Positions 26,601 through 40,700 of a stretch of 64,000 bases of DNA are shown here, in pieces (the first letter of the stretch is position 1; every line of letters begins with the position of its first letter). Under the pieces are notes generated by a model. It did not search any database, was not told where the DNA came from, and saw only the letters and a list, made by a program, of their open reading frames with translations. Source of the stretch: Tubulanus polymorphus. Lineage: Eukaryota; Animalia; Nemertea. Made by a program: the position numbers and the translations under genes. The stretch lies in NCBI RefSeq assembly GCF_964204645.1, contig NC_134030.1, positions 5,312,778 through 5,376,777 of the forward strand, written 5' to 3'.

Positions 26601-29600
26601 CGACGATTCGTATGCTCAGCCTCCGACCGATTGGATACAAAATTGCGTTCACCGGTCACGTGATGCAAACGCTCCAATCGGGGAAGCAAACATTTCGCGC
26701 GTTTGAGGAGATCCTCGGCAGATCGGTTCGTCTATTTGTAAAATTTCTGAAACATTTCGCTATGATTTCTGTTTTAAATAAGAATTATACGCATAACGCA
26801 ACATACGAAACTCGAAAGCCGATAAACATGAACTACCGAGACATTTTCACCCACCATCAAGTTTAAATAGATTATTGAAATAAATGTTTCGAAACTTTTC
26901 TCCGTTTTAAGTTTTTGATTTTCTTATTTTCTTGTTTGAACAAAATGTTGGAAGAAGCGACGACATTTTCTGTTGGATTCAGCATAATCATCGCATTGGT
27001 TTACTTCAGTTCTAGGGATTTAGGATCGTCTTTCTCACACGTGGTTATTTCTTATTTTATTGAAGACACTTACAATGTGCCGATTATCTTCTTGCATTCT
27101 CTTTATAAGCTTGATATCGTTTGGACGATTTCTCCAACAATAAGTCAACCCCTTCGCAACCCCTTCGTTGCGAAGACAGACTTTCTCATGGACGAATTTT
27201 TAACACATTTTTTATCTAACATTGAAAAAGGGGCTTCAAACGAATTCTATTCTCTTGCTTTCGAAAAATATCGTCGATTTTGAATTTCTTGATTTATAGT
27301 TTGTTTCATCTTCTCTTTTTCTGTCACGACTCGAAATAACAAAAAAAAGATCTAAGAAGCTCGTATATCATTAATCCATCGAAAACGATCGTATTCGAAG
27401 TTTCGCGTTAATTCGCGTTCCTACTAAAAAAAAAAACCGAACGACGAATATCAAACGGGGAATATTTTCACGCTGAAATTTACGACTTTGGCAAAAGATA
27501 TCGATAGATTTCAACGTGATCGCGCTCGGGATAATTGATGCTTTCGCCGTCGTCGTTCGAAAAATCTGAATTTACGGCGCGGTGGATTCACGGATCGAAT
27601 TGAAATTTCTAAATTGAAATCGCGTGCGTCTCGGATTCGAGCGACGACTGATAAATCATGAAACAACGACTGATCTCGTTATTAATGTAACCGATAGAAA
27701 ATTCTGCCGTGAGCGACGGCAATTATTAACGAAAATGATTTATGATTCCGAGCTCGCGACCACTTCGATTCGCGGTTCGATATCATTTTTTTTCGAAACT
27801 TTGAAATTAATGATAAGTTGACGACGCCTTGGCGTCTGAAATTCAGAAATTGCAGAAAATCGAGCGGCATCGAAATGAAAAGAATTGATGTAGGTTATTT
27901 CGTACGCTAATGACTCTGTCCCGGGCTCGGATCCCACGGACTGACGCCTGTAAACTGGTCGCGGACACAATTTCGAAGGATTGAAAATCCTAAAGACCTA
28001 TCTGCTAGAATAACATGAATATTGACCACGGAAATGTGTTATTTTGTGGACAAAAATAGTTTTCGCGCGCATGAAATCCACTTATTGCGTGATGATGCGC
28101 AATTTTCTGACGAAATGAATTACTTATTCCTGTACAGAATATTCAGGCTGTGATGATCCGAAGATTTTGTTTCCATAATAGACAAAACACTGTCTATATA
28201 TTGGAACTGAAGAAATTCCAGAATTGAACCTACGTATGAAAACCTATGACAGAAGATGTTTTGGCTGAAATATTGTATCTAATTTCCTAGGGCATTAATT
28301 GGGTCGCAACCCTACAAGAATACCCTAGCAGCAAGCAAATGATAAGGGAGATTATTTTGGGAGAGGGGGGGGGTTGGGGAGATCAAAGTCAGAATTCACT
28401 GTGAAATCTTTTTAAAGATAATAACTGATTCTGATTTGATCAATTACAACTCTCACAGTTTCTAGTCATATGGGTTGTGAGTTTTTCTTCAATGTATAGA
28501 ATAACCACGATTACTGCTTTTATTCATCAGGATATATTATTTAAGGCAATTCTGAGGTTCTATCGAAAATATGTTTGTCGCTTTTCGCAGACTCGGTCGT
28601 TCTTTTAGACAACATGGATGACTTACGGGCGCAGCTACTTTTCTAGACTATATTTTATTTTCGATGGAGTCGGATTGCTTTCAGATCTTTTTATCACACA
28701 TTCAAGCACATGTTTTTTTTTTATTTTCGGAGGAAATTAGGGCTTATTTATGCGTTCAAAGCTTTCGCTGATTAGTTCTTCATGTGACAGCTATAGTCAG
28801 GGACATGACCCCCAAAAATATGGAACTCCGTATCACTGAACATTATTGTAAATTTTATTCTTTCATAAAGGGCGAACATTTTCTGTAGTATTTAAGGCAA
28901 ATGACATCCGTAAAGCAACTTGCAGAAATCAGATACGCTAAAACGAAATTTTTTTTTCATAATTACTAGTTGCCTTGGAGAATTTTAAGAAGTTCCCCCT
29001 AGATTTCGAGTTATGTTTTCGTCCGGTCACGGAGGCATATCGATCATCCTATTTTTTTCGCCGACGAAAAGTTTTTCTTGCTGACCGAATTAGGTATAGC
29101 ATCTCTTTATCACGTTTGTAAATTGGTTGTTGCTGTTGGGTAACGGTGGTTTGTGTTTTCCAGTCTGCTTCATAAACCCCCCGATGTCTAATAAATATTC
29201 CTTACTTTCACGGACTTTTGCCAGCTTTTCTGCGAATCGAACGTACAATAAATATGAATAAATATTAATTCCTTGACGATGTTCCGCCCTGGTGACCTAT
29301 GCGTTTACCACAAACCAAAAAAGTATCATTAGATAAATCATCTTAAGTGAATTACACCGCTTAGAAACTTGAGGAACTTCGACTACTCAGGAAATTTTCT
29401 AAGCATCGGTCATTTGGCTTCTAGTGCAGAATTAGTATTGTTTCTATAATGAAACACCTTTTTTGCTAGGAATTTGAAAACATGGAACATAGAAACCAGT
29501 TTATCGGGTATCGAGGCTATTTACAATATTTTCTAGGTTGAATGATATGTAAAACGTTCACAATTAGTTTTCAAAAAGCTTCAAGCGCAGGATTCGCGCG

Positions 29601-30069
29601 CTGACGTATTAGTTCGGCGGATGTCCGCGACGAGTAGATACGGCGCCACCGTATGGTGCTGGAGATACGCCTGCCTGTTGCTCCTCACGTAGGCCCGTCT
29701 AGTTGGTCGGTAAATTGCTATCAGCGCGATCAACTGACGTGACTTGAAAGGAAATGGTCATGTGATAACATATTTATCATATTTAGACGACCCTTGGTGG
29801 GCGCACATGATTATTTTTAAAAATTCCGGCGCGAGGTGGTGCAAAGTTAGTCGATTGGTAACGACATTTATACATGATGATTAATTAATGGACGTACATT
29901 ACCCTTGTATCTACGTATATTTTCATAATTTTACATAATACTCTGTTAGCAAACTTAATTCCAACAAAAATCGTTAGGAAAAGAAATTGGATTTATCTGT
30001 AAAAAACATAGTCGAGTAATCAAAGTGCGGGCATTTGAGAAAAAGACTTAATAACATACAAACAATTCC

Positions 30070-30763
<694 letters not shown>

Positions 30764-30836
30764 CGTAATGAATAGATGATATGTACGTGGTACCATTTTC
30801 ATCGAAATTTTCAATAATCATTTTAGCCAGGCAAAT

Positions 30837-30972
30837 CAGGGCCCAGTTTAACGAAAAGGTAACTCAAATTAGTCGTTTAGTTGCTATTTGGGGTAATTTT
30901 ACATCGTCAAGCGATGGCAAAAATTCAAACTTAACCGAATTAAGCTTAAACTTTTCATGGACCTGGACCCTG
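30837..30972. mobile_element. Degenerate MITE with related termini
   Basis: GGCCCAGTTTAACGAAAAG ... CTTTTCATGGACCTGGACC imperfect TIRs flanked by CAG / CTG. Confidence 0.55.
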
Positions 30973-31072
30973 TTGAATCGAATCCGTTTTACATTCATAC
31001 ATAACCGTAAACTGCGACTGTGACAAAAATATCGTCGAATTGTTTAAAGCTGAAAATAAATCAAGTAGCCTA

Positions 31073-31168
31073 CAGGGTCCAGTTCCACAGTTCTGAGTTA
31101 ACTCATTGAAAATGAACTAACTTTAACTCAGAGTCAACTCTAACTCACAACTGTGGAACTGGGTCCAG
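31073..31168. mobile_element. Short MITE, PIF/Harbinger-like
   Basis: ~25-bp terminal inverted repeats (GGTCCAGTTCCACAGTTCTGAGTTA / TAACTCACAACTGTGGAACTGGGTC) flanked by a CAG...CAG 3-bp duplication (CWG). Confidence 0.8.
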
Positions 31169-33819
31169 GGTATTAAGAAATAGATTATATAAATGCAATC
31201 TAAAAAAAGTCTAAAAATGATCGTTGAATTTTAAAATAGAAAGTCATAAGTAAATTAGTATATTTGTTTAATTCGTAGATCAATTTTCAATAGATTCGGC
31301 TTTTTAAATTGGATACGTTCACGCAATACATTATACCGCGAGTTTAGCCGCGTGCAATTTATCTTATGCATGAGCACGATTTGCAAAGCATCGATGGAAA
31401 TAAAAACGTCGTTATATCAATCTGTCATTTTGTGTTGCCGAACTCGTAAACTTCAGTTTCGATAATCCCTCCTGAAATTCGCAGTATCATGTCATTTCTG
31501 GTCTCGGTGTCACGGAATTTGCAATGAGAACGACGCTTTTTTCATCGTTTAATTTATCATTTGCACGTCGGAAAAATAGTCATCAACGATAGTTTTTCCG
31601 ACGACGAATTTAGCAACGTGTGTCAGATAAGTACAGGTATAAATCTAATGAATGTTATCCACTCTGCTTCCGTACATATTCGGAAAAGTTTCTAACGAAT
31701 GGTGATACTTTTTTTTCCAAACACAACTGATTGATAATGAGAAATTTCAACTAAATCACCAGTTTAGTATGAAGCATGCAACATCGAAACAAGAACAACC
31801 CGATGATCAGTTGACTTCGACTTATTCCTACATCTTTTATCGGAATTTGTATAAAGGCAAGGTGCTCTTGAAAACAGGCTAACTCTCAGGAATCGTAAAA
31901 CTGAACTAAAAAAGCATACTCAAATAAAGCTATGATCAAATATGCAGTAAATGTTGATTTTTTAAGTCAACGAGTTTCAAAATTATCGAACATTTTATCG
32001 TAGTTTCCGTGTTTATTTCTATAAAACGATGTCTTGTTTTTCAAGTTCTTTCATTTTTTCAACTATCAACTGGATCTATATACGATATGACAGTACGTAT
32101 TAATTACAAACGTTTCTTTCGAAGCCGATACCGATACCAAACGATTTTTCATCTTTTGGCGACGGAAAGTCGGTCTTCTATTATTTGAATCCACCCACAA
32201 GGAAAATTAATCGCATGCAAAAAACGCCGTAATTACTTGATCGTCAACAAGGGACAAATTACATAAAAACAATTAGACATTATACACGAAAACGGGCGAA
32301 GCTAATAGGGCTAATATATTTCTTTAAGCTAGTGACGTTTTTATGATTTTTGATTAATATATTCGATGAAAACGTTAAACATTATGTAAAACGTTGTCAG
32401 TGAAAATAATTAGTGAATCAGAGGTGTATATAAACGCGTTATATCATACAGACCCTCGATGCGATAACCTTTTATGTTTACAAACGTGGTACGTTTACTA
32501 TTTTTGGATATCTGCGAAGAGCTTCCAAATTTGCGAATGGATCAAATTCCAGTTATTTTATTCCCGTTTAGATAGATAAGGACGAATATTTGTCTACTTT
32601 CAGTTCGGGTTTACGTCATTTGGAAAGATTGCCGATAAAAAGTATAAGTAGAATTTGACCAGATGACATCATTTTGTTTGTTTTCATACATTGTGTGTCT
32701 GCGCGATGCATATGCGATATCGAGTTATAGGTTATAGATATCACTGGAATTAGCGAGTTTTACGGTCTATTCGTTAACTATCCGTCTAAATAAAAACTTT
32801 CTCCATGATTCTTAACACCTCTTCATCTATAGGCACGATGGATGTGAATTTGCATTAGAAATGTTGGAAATCTCGCTATACTCGCTCAATGCCATGTACT
32901 GCACTATATCTAATCTATAATTCAAGTATTTTACTGATGTTACATGACGTATTGTGACAATAGTTATCGCATGAACACGAATTCCAATAAAACAAATATC
33001 CAATAACGTTTCGGTAGCTACCATAAAAGACATCTGTCTGACATGATAAAATCATTTATATTTCTGTACCTTTTTATTCATAATGAGACATTTTACGCGC
33101 AACGTCATTTTTGTTCATTTTTGTTAGACAAGAAATGCTCCAATAGCTGATATTGCTGATGATATTTTCGACCATTCAAAGATGCTAACAATTGATAAAT
33201 TTCCATATATTTATATGACAAGATTTCCAACGAAATTTATTTTCTATAGTGGTCCTAATCCAGCATTTTTCACGTTTTTTTTATAAAAAGGATGATGGAA
33301 AATTGTAATTGCAGTGCAGTGTTTGCCTAACAATACCCGCTTAATTCAAAGGACTTTATTGCAAATAAATAGCCAGAAAATGTAAAACTGTTTGCCGATA
33401 TCAACAAGTATATATAGTGCAAGCAGACGATCTACTCATAACGAGAGGCGATGTTGATGTTATGAATTTATGCCAGCCGTTATTTGCCCATAAAATCGTT
33501 AATAACGTCGACGAGGGTCATCGCTTTTAAAAGCGAGCTTCGTCGATGGCTCGATGAAATCTTACGACAACCGATAACCACCGACTGAGAATACTAGTCG
33601 AACAATGGCTGAGCCATCGAAATCATATGCGTCCTTTACGAGCAGACGAACTTGCGTCGGACCTATTTGAATTTCAAGAAAACATTTAAATGACGATTTG
33701 AACGATGGTTTTTTCATAAAGATGCTATTTTATTTCGGCGTTCGATGGTTAAACCTAAGTTTCTTACGTCGTCTCCGTTTCTAGTGGAACTACATTTTCA
33801 CGCGCATGTCTTCACTACA

Positions 33820-34031
33820 CAGCGCGCCACGCCATTGGCGTATTGTTGCGACCGTGCCAGCCTAATTTAACCATTACGACTGCACCGTTTGGAGAAGGTT
33901 TATGTCATATATTAATGATCTGGTTGGTAATTAGATAATAATTACAGGCTAGTGGATACGTCGTAAATCCTATAGCCTCGCTGAACAGAGTCGTTTACTC
34001 TTGTTAGGATCTCTTTTAACTTATTAAGACT
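33820..34031 (+). promoter_or_regulatory. Lox2 proximal promoter/5' leader
   Basis: ATTGG box, several TAAT/TTTATG/TCGTAAA homeodomain sites directly upstream of the ATG. Confidence 0.4.
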
Positions 34032-34449
34032 ATGTCCCACGCGCATATGAGTTCATATTTTGGGTCAGGATTGCAGCTTCATCAGCGAAACGGAGATGTG
34101 TCACGGCAGGGCTATTTCGGGGACGCTTCGTTGACCCATTCTTACGCGATGCCGGACTCTTGTTTACCTCAGGGCATGAAATTCCCATCGTTCATGTCCA
34201 CGGATCACGCTGGTCTCAACTATGGCGTCATGCAAGGAAGGGACTATAGGCAGCAGTCGTTTCAGGCTAACATTTACGGTCATCAGTTGGACCCGCAGAC
34301 GGACAGTGAAGTTATGAAACTCAGCGAATTGGCCGGACTCGGTCACGAACTTTCCACCCATTCTCAAAACGGTTCGGACGGCCACCACGACCAAGGATTC
34401 ACGGCGAATGGTGCGGCAAATAGCCTCTATCCGTGGATGTCCATAGTTG
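34032..34449 (+). CDS. Lox2: Lox2 exon 1 (SSYF motif, YPWM hexapeptide)
   Basis: ORF MSHAHMSSYF...NSLYPWMSIV(G) ends at a consensus donor G|GTAAGT (intron starts 34450, phase 1). Confidence 0.93.
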
Positions 34450-36177
34450 GTAAGTATCAATTCTTTTAGAAAGTGCTTAACTAAAATGTCATTGTGTAGA
34501 TGTTAATTGAGGCCTGGAAAGCCGCATTTGCGGTTGACGAAAGAGGCCATAAAGTAGTTTGTGGGAAATCCACGTTATAATCAAGTGTTAATCACTCTAT
34601 TACGCGTGAAGATACCGATATATACCTTGTCTAATTGATTGATGACAGTTTTATACACCATGTAACACGAAAAAGTCTTCACATGTCTTTTATTCACAAA
34701 ATACGAATCAATTTATAGAATTTTGATGCTAAAGTTCCCCAGGAGCCCCGTCGACCGGGTGAGAATCGTGATTGCTCGGTTCCTTAGCATTTCAAGATGT
34801 TCTTGTCAATTCATCCCCCCTGTGGGGAGCCTTGAGAACTCACCCACTTATAGGTTATAGGTGAACAAAAATGAATGAGACAAACTTCTTTCTATCAATT
34901 GATCAAAACAATCTAAGTTATTTTCAAAACAATTCAAGTTATTTACCACACAACATATCGATTGGCCAACATTTCAAAATGCTGCGATGTAACGTCGATT
35001 TATTAGCATTTCTTTACGTAGCTATAAACTTTTTCGATAATTGGAACTTTCTATTGGAATGTTGTTTACTTTTCTGATTGCACACTTTACAGATAGATGT
35101 CTCTGTCGTAACCTCGCTCTTACGAAGTCTCAAAAACCGTCTCGCCTTGTTTTATAACCTATACAGTGTTTTTATGGCCACTTTTAATGGTTTCGTCTGA
35201 TGGCCTCGAACATAGGCGCGTACATCCTCAATACACATTAATCCATGGCAGCAGTGTTGAAATTATTACCATTTTACAACCTCGAATCTACTACCCAATA
35301 AAACTATGGTGTCACGCACGAAGTTCAAGGCCAATAATTTGTATATTTAAACTGTCCCTCGATTGGATTATAGAAAAAACATTTCATAGCGCATTTTATT
35401 ATGCATATCAAATTAGCATTTTGATCTGCCGAATTAGGATTATATTGAATCTTTACTGGGAACAGCAATCTACCGAAAAGCACTTCCTCCATCTTTTTCA
35501 CAACCGCCATTCGTATTCGGCGCTTTGAAGTTCTATTGGCTAATGAGCTGCATCATTTGCTGCGGAACTAATGTGCACTCAGTCACGTGGCACATCAGTG
35601 TCGCGACGATTTTCCGTTCGCTGCGCTAAATTCCATTATACCATGTATTCGTGGATTAAAGGGAAACGTACACACCTTAAATCATGGGTACTGTCAGTCT
35701 GGCAGGCGAGCGCGTTGTTATATAGCAAACGGCACCGAGTACAAACCATAAATCAACCAACTCTCGCATTAGATCAGAAAATACACACACATAGGAAAAA
35801 ACTCACGAGTTAGATTAAAAATCATACATTCGACTTCAAAGCGCCGTAGCTTTTGATCTCGCTATAGAGCAATGAATTAAATTAGATAGAACGTTTATCA
35901 TTATCTAATGAAAACACGTAAAATATATCTCCTAATTGTACCTTTGTAGGCGAGTGGGGTACCGCGTACTACGATGATAGTAATCTAGGCCATTTTTGTA
36001 CCTAGGCTTCAGATATTTTTGTATATAAACATATGAATATGCATTTTTCATCGATGTAATTTGATAGCTTTTCGATCAATGAAACATGATAGCATAAACA
36101 GATACGTTCACTCATCCGCTTGCAAGTCCATTCATACATCATTAACTTCATCGTTATCTCTTTTGATTCTTTTCTAG

Positions 36178-36506
36178 GTCCCAATTCCAACCAGCGGCGA
36201 AAAGGCCGACAGACCTATTCCCGTTACCAGACGCTGGAGCTCGAGAAAGAGTTTAAATTCAATCGATATCTTACGCGGCGACGTCGAGTCGAACTGTCCG
36301 CATTACTATGCCTCACCGAACGCCAAATCAAGATCTGGTTCCAAAATCGGCGAATGAAAGAGAAAAAAGAACTGCAGGCGATTAAAGAGCTGAATAAGCA
36401 ATCGCGCCACGCGGACGTCACCGGCAACTCGCAGATCGCCTCCCCACCGAAAACTCATTCATCGGATTCTTCCTCGTCGTCGCCGCCTTGTAACATTATA
36501 AAGTAA
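36178..36506 (+). CDS. Lox2: Lox2 exon 2 (homeodomain + UbdA peptide)
   Basis: Acceptor ttttgattcttttctAG ends at 36177. GPNSNQ linker; homeodomain 36195-36374 with Lox2-type [11 protein letters not shown] and MKEKKE, followed by the UbdA peptide QAIKELN. Spliced CDS is 747 nt = 248 aa; intron is 1728 nt. Confidence 0.93.
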
Positions 36507-37733
36507 TAGGGAATCAGGAGGAATCGTGTAAAACACCAAGGACATACACGTTAGAAATCAGTGTCTAGGTTAGTTCGTGTTTAGCCAACGGCTCGAAGGA
36601 AAATACAATCGTTTTAAGGTCTTTCTTTCAAGATGCCAGTCTGGTAACTACAAACTGTCTATTGCCAGAAGTAACGATTAGACTACAAACTTGTATAGAC
36701 ATGGCCACGAAATGAAAGTCACCAAACGTGCAAACCTCATTATTTATTATTCAAAGTTGAACTGGAATCTTTGTTATGATGGAATTGAATTTATCTAAGC
36801 CAGGTTTTGAAACTCATTAAGTCGAATAACACGTTTAAGTGTAATAACGATAAATTCAATACATAGTTTGTTTGTAAAGACAAAAAACAGCTTTCATTGA
36901 AAATATGATTCGTAATTTCGACTATAGTTCTCAAAGAAATAAATCATGTTTTGAGTTAGTCGTCTCTGAACTGGTAAACGGATGTGAACTGTTGCGGTCT
37001 ATTTCACAGAAGCTGAAGTTCAGTTGTACATAATACGATTGGTATCGTTGTTACGTTAAAATGTACTCGGATATATTTAAAAGCTAGAAAGAAACCAACA
37101 ATCTAAATTGTTGTAAAACTACGTATACCTATAACCATTATTATTTGTCTAGCAAAGTAGAAAAGATAACTTTATATTTTATAGTCGGTCTGTCTAGAGT
37201 TGATACCTCATTGAATTCTTTATTGTATTTTGTCTCGAAGAGGAATTCATTATTTTTTGCGGCATGTATTTATCATTGAGATGTTAAAAAGAGGCATTAT
37301 CTTTATGTATACCTCATGAGATGGAGAATTTGGCAAGCAAATTATAAAGAACATTTTCGCTCAGAAAATATCTAGAAACTTTTTGTCAGTCTTGAAAAAA
37401 ATCTATCCAAATCTGACATAAGAATGATCCGGATGATCTCCGAAGGAAAAATCAGATAAACCTCCGACAAACTTTTAGTAAAACTATTTTAATGCTTTTG
37501 GTGATGATCTTATCAAATGGGAATTCAGAATTCCAACATAGGTCACACATAGGTTAATTCGCATGTATCAAATTTGTTTTGTCCGTCATTCCAAATTATA
37601 GCATCACCTCTGTACAGATATAGTGAATAACGTTATGTAAAAAAAGCAGTTCCGGTGCAAATAATATATATGTACACGAATTCGTTGGAAGATTTTTTCG
37701 AAAAAATCAAGATTCCTTGTAAAACACGAAAGG

Positions 37734-37739
37734 AATAAA
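37734..37739 (+). terminator. Likely poly(A) signal of Lox2
   Basis: AATAAA followed ~35 nt later by GU/U-rich gtgttggtatatttctttttttgt. Confidence 0.55.
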
Positions 37740-40700
37740 ATATCGAAACAAAAGTATATAAAGTATAAAAAGTGTTGGTATATTTCTTTTTTTTGTAAAA
37801 TTCATTGCACGTTGTTTGTTTCTTCTGATGCTTACACCGACCGCAGAAAGGCTGGACGCGGGTGGACTATAGTTCGAGGGTTCGACATCCCTACATGAGG
37901 GCTACTATTGACCTAAATTGACTGACGGTTTTTGCGGTTAATGTATATATCATTTAGACCTGAATTGTGTAAGCCGACTGTGGAAACCATAAAACGTCAT
38001 TACCCCCGATCCAGTGGGACGGGGCATAATGTTTCGTACGTACTTGTTGACTGGTACTGTCCCTTGCGCGTCGTTACTATAACACAAGTTTTATGCCACC
38101 AGGCGGATATCCCCACTCACGTCCAGTAAATCTCCGATAACTGAACTGTACTGGCTTTTCCTCCCATTTAAAGTGATACAGTCGAAATGTCTCGAGTGTC
38201 ACTGAACCGATAGACTTAGTAATTATCTCGGGCACCAGTGCACGCGATACTCAAGTAAATCTGTGCAACCAATTTGGTACTGTGTCACACACAGCATTTC
38301 GCTGAATATTTTGGCCCTTTTATACGATTTGAATCCATTTCCGATGGCATTTCGATTCAATCATCGTAGTCATTTTAACGACACCGATTAAATCAAATTA
38401 GAAAAAAAAAACGAAGCACCCAAAAACCTTTGACCCAAATACGGCCTTGTTCGTATCGTAATTTTATGAGCAGACCTACTTCTCCGGTGATAAAACGAGT
38501 ATAAATTCAAGAAAATGAGAAAAAAATTATTGAGATTCCAGTATCCGTCCCGCTGCGGCGGCGGTGCGTATCTTCAGATTTTTCTCGAGGAAACCGCCTG
38601 ACTGTGACATCGGACAGGTATGTCAAATAAGGAAATTTACAGAATACCAATAAGGTTTTTAGCTTTAGCTTCTTCAGGGGCGGGAATTGACGGCCTTGAA
38701 CGGTCATACAGTATAACACGTTTAGAATAGGAAATTGAACGATATGCATGTTGAATGCTGTTCGTGCTGGTCAGTGAGGTTAGATAGGGTCAAACGCTAT
38801 GTTAGGGTCGACAGCTAGGTGAGAGATGGTGACGTATACGCCGAGTATCTGTCCAATACAAGGTGTCAAACGATTCATCATTGTACGCCGGCAAATCTGA
38901 TAAGGCAACTCATTCGTATCAAATTATAGTGACACTAGGCTGCTGATGATTTTTTATGAGATCATCTGGTCACTCGCCGCTTGAACACGATTTAATTAGG
39001 GCTGTACGTGTAGCGTGTGACCGTGACCTGATTTCAATTGCGTCTCGTAATCGACGCATATTTCGCGTGACGCTTGATGGCCGCTGCATCGCATATTTGC
39101 GACATCATAAAAACGCAATCATTGTTTTAATACGCAGTACACTTTGCGACACTGAGTAATAAAGTTAATTGAATTGAGAAACATTAACTCGACATCGCTA
39201 GTACCTTCCGACGAGACCGATAACCGAGGAGGACAGGGTTCCTCAGGATGAAATCTGACTTGATCAAATAGTATGGGCGCAGAAGTATTCAAAATAACGA
39301 AGATGATACAAATGCTTACTGCTGACGTCATCAACTACCGAGGGTGCAACAAATCACTGCAACCTAAAGCGACTCATTGAAAGGGCCAGATTGAATCGCA
39401 TTGCTGTATTATGTAAATACTCTTCATGTATATATAAGCGACTGTTTTGCGACCCATAAGATTTCCATTCTTGCGACATTTTTCGCTTTAATACGATTTC
39501 CGACTAGTAATTGTTTTTACAGCTATTCAAATCGATTTTCCATTCATTTCTGCCACTCTGCGACGCTAGCAAGTCGTGCCGGACACCATTTTGAAGTCGC
39601 TGCAATGATTTTCCAGAAAACGCTTGACGATTACGCGAATAATTTATTGAACATCCGCATTGCGATGCAATAGTCGGTGCATATCCATAAATCTAGCCGG
39701 CTTGGTAAAAAATTCTTGCGAGCAAAAAGATCGCGCGCTTGATTTAATAATCCCGCACAACTGCATCAAGGTGGTTTTCGGTGGCAGGTAATCGCATCCA
39801 ATTATGGCGAAATTGTTATTCCCGCTAATCAATGGTCCCCACGCAGCCCTAAAGGGCCATGGATCGCGCGCCTGATGCCAAAGTGATTCGATTTCGCGCG
39901 CCGGGGCAAGCTTACACGTCGATTTAACGACTATTGGAACATTATAGCAGTTGTTTAAAAGTCGACTCCAGATAAAATCTAGTTGAACCGGGATATTTGT
40001 ACTGAGAGATTTAACTTCACTTCAAGACCTATCATTCGGCGTAGTAATACACGGTTGTCAATCGGTGAAGTCACGTGTGCGTTGTCGTCTGGTCATCGAG
40101 ATTAGAATGTAGAATGCGAGGCTCTGCAGAAACTTTAACAAAACATCTGAAAGAGGATTTCATTGCGGATTTCGGCAACTTGAGATATTCTTTTTTTTTA
40201 CAGTTTGCAACTTAAAAAAGTTCCGAGGCTTCTGCTATGTGTATATGCATGCACGATCCCGTACAGTCCGGCAGATATGGAGTATGGGGTCTTCCATCGC
40301 ACCTAGGAGAGTCAATATGTGTATGAATATTCAAGGCTAAAGAAAAATAATATCATGCTTCTCCTAATCGGGCGGGTCATTTTTGTAAACCGCAATAATA
40401 TTTGTAATCAGTTCATTTCAATAGCTACCGGGTCTGTTGTGGTTAGCCTGATCATGATCTAAACAAGTAATGTACAGGTTAGATAGGCAACTGCCGGGTC
40501 CATCTTTAAGCCCAGCAGAAATGAGAAATGCGAGGCGGCAATGTATCAATTTTAAGACTTGAGGCGTATGATTATGTGCAAAACTCATAATTGGAGGGAA
40601 CCCGCTTGTTTCCCCCGGTACAACGGCCCTCAATGATTTAAAGCATACTTTCTAATAATCTAATAACACGATCACAGATACTGATTGATTATTGTAATCA

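Noticed and set aside
26296-27283. Cluster of 84-136-aa ORFs, one hydrophobic
   Set aside because: Composition reflects T-rich DNA; no domain or transposon signature on either strand.
31072-31172. miR-10 seed matches (ACAGGGT, CAGGGTA) at MITE ends; also at ~24294 and ~39233
   Set aside because: Intergenic and outside the predicted UTRs; at the MITE they arise from TSD/TIR junctions.
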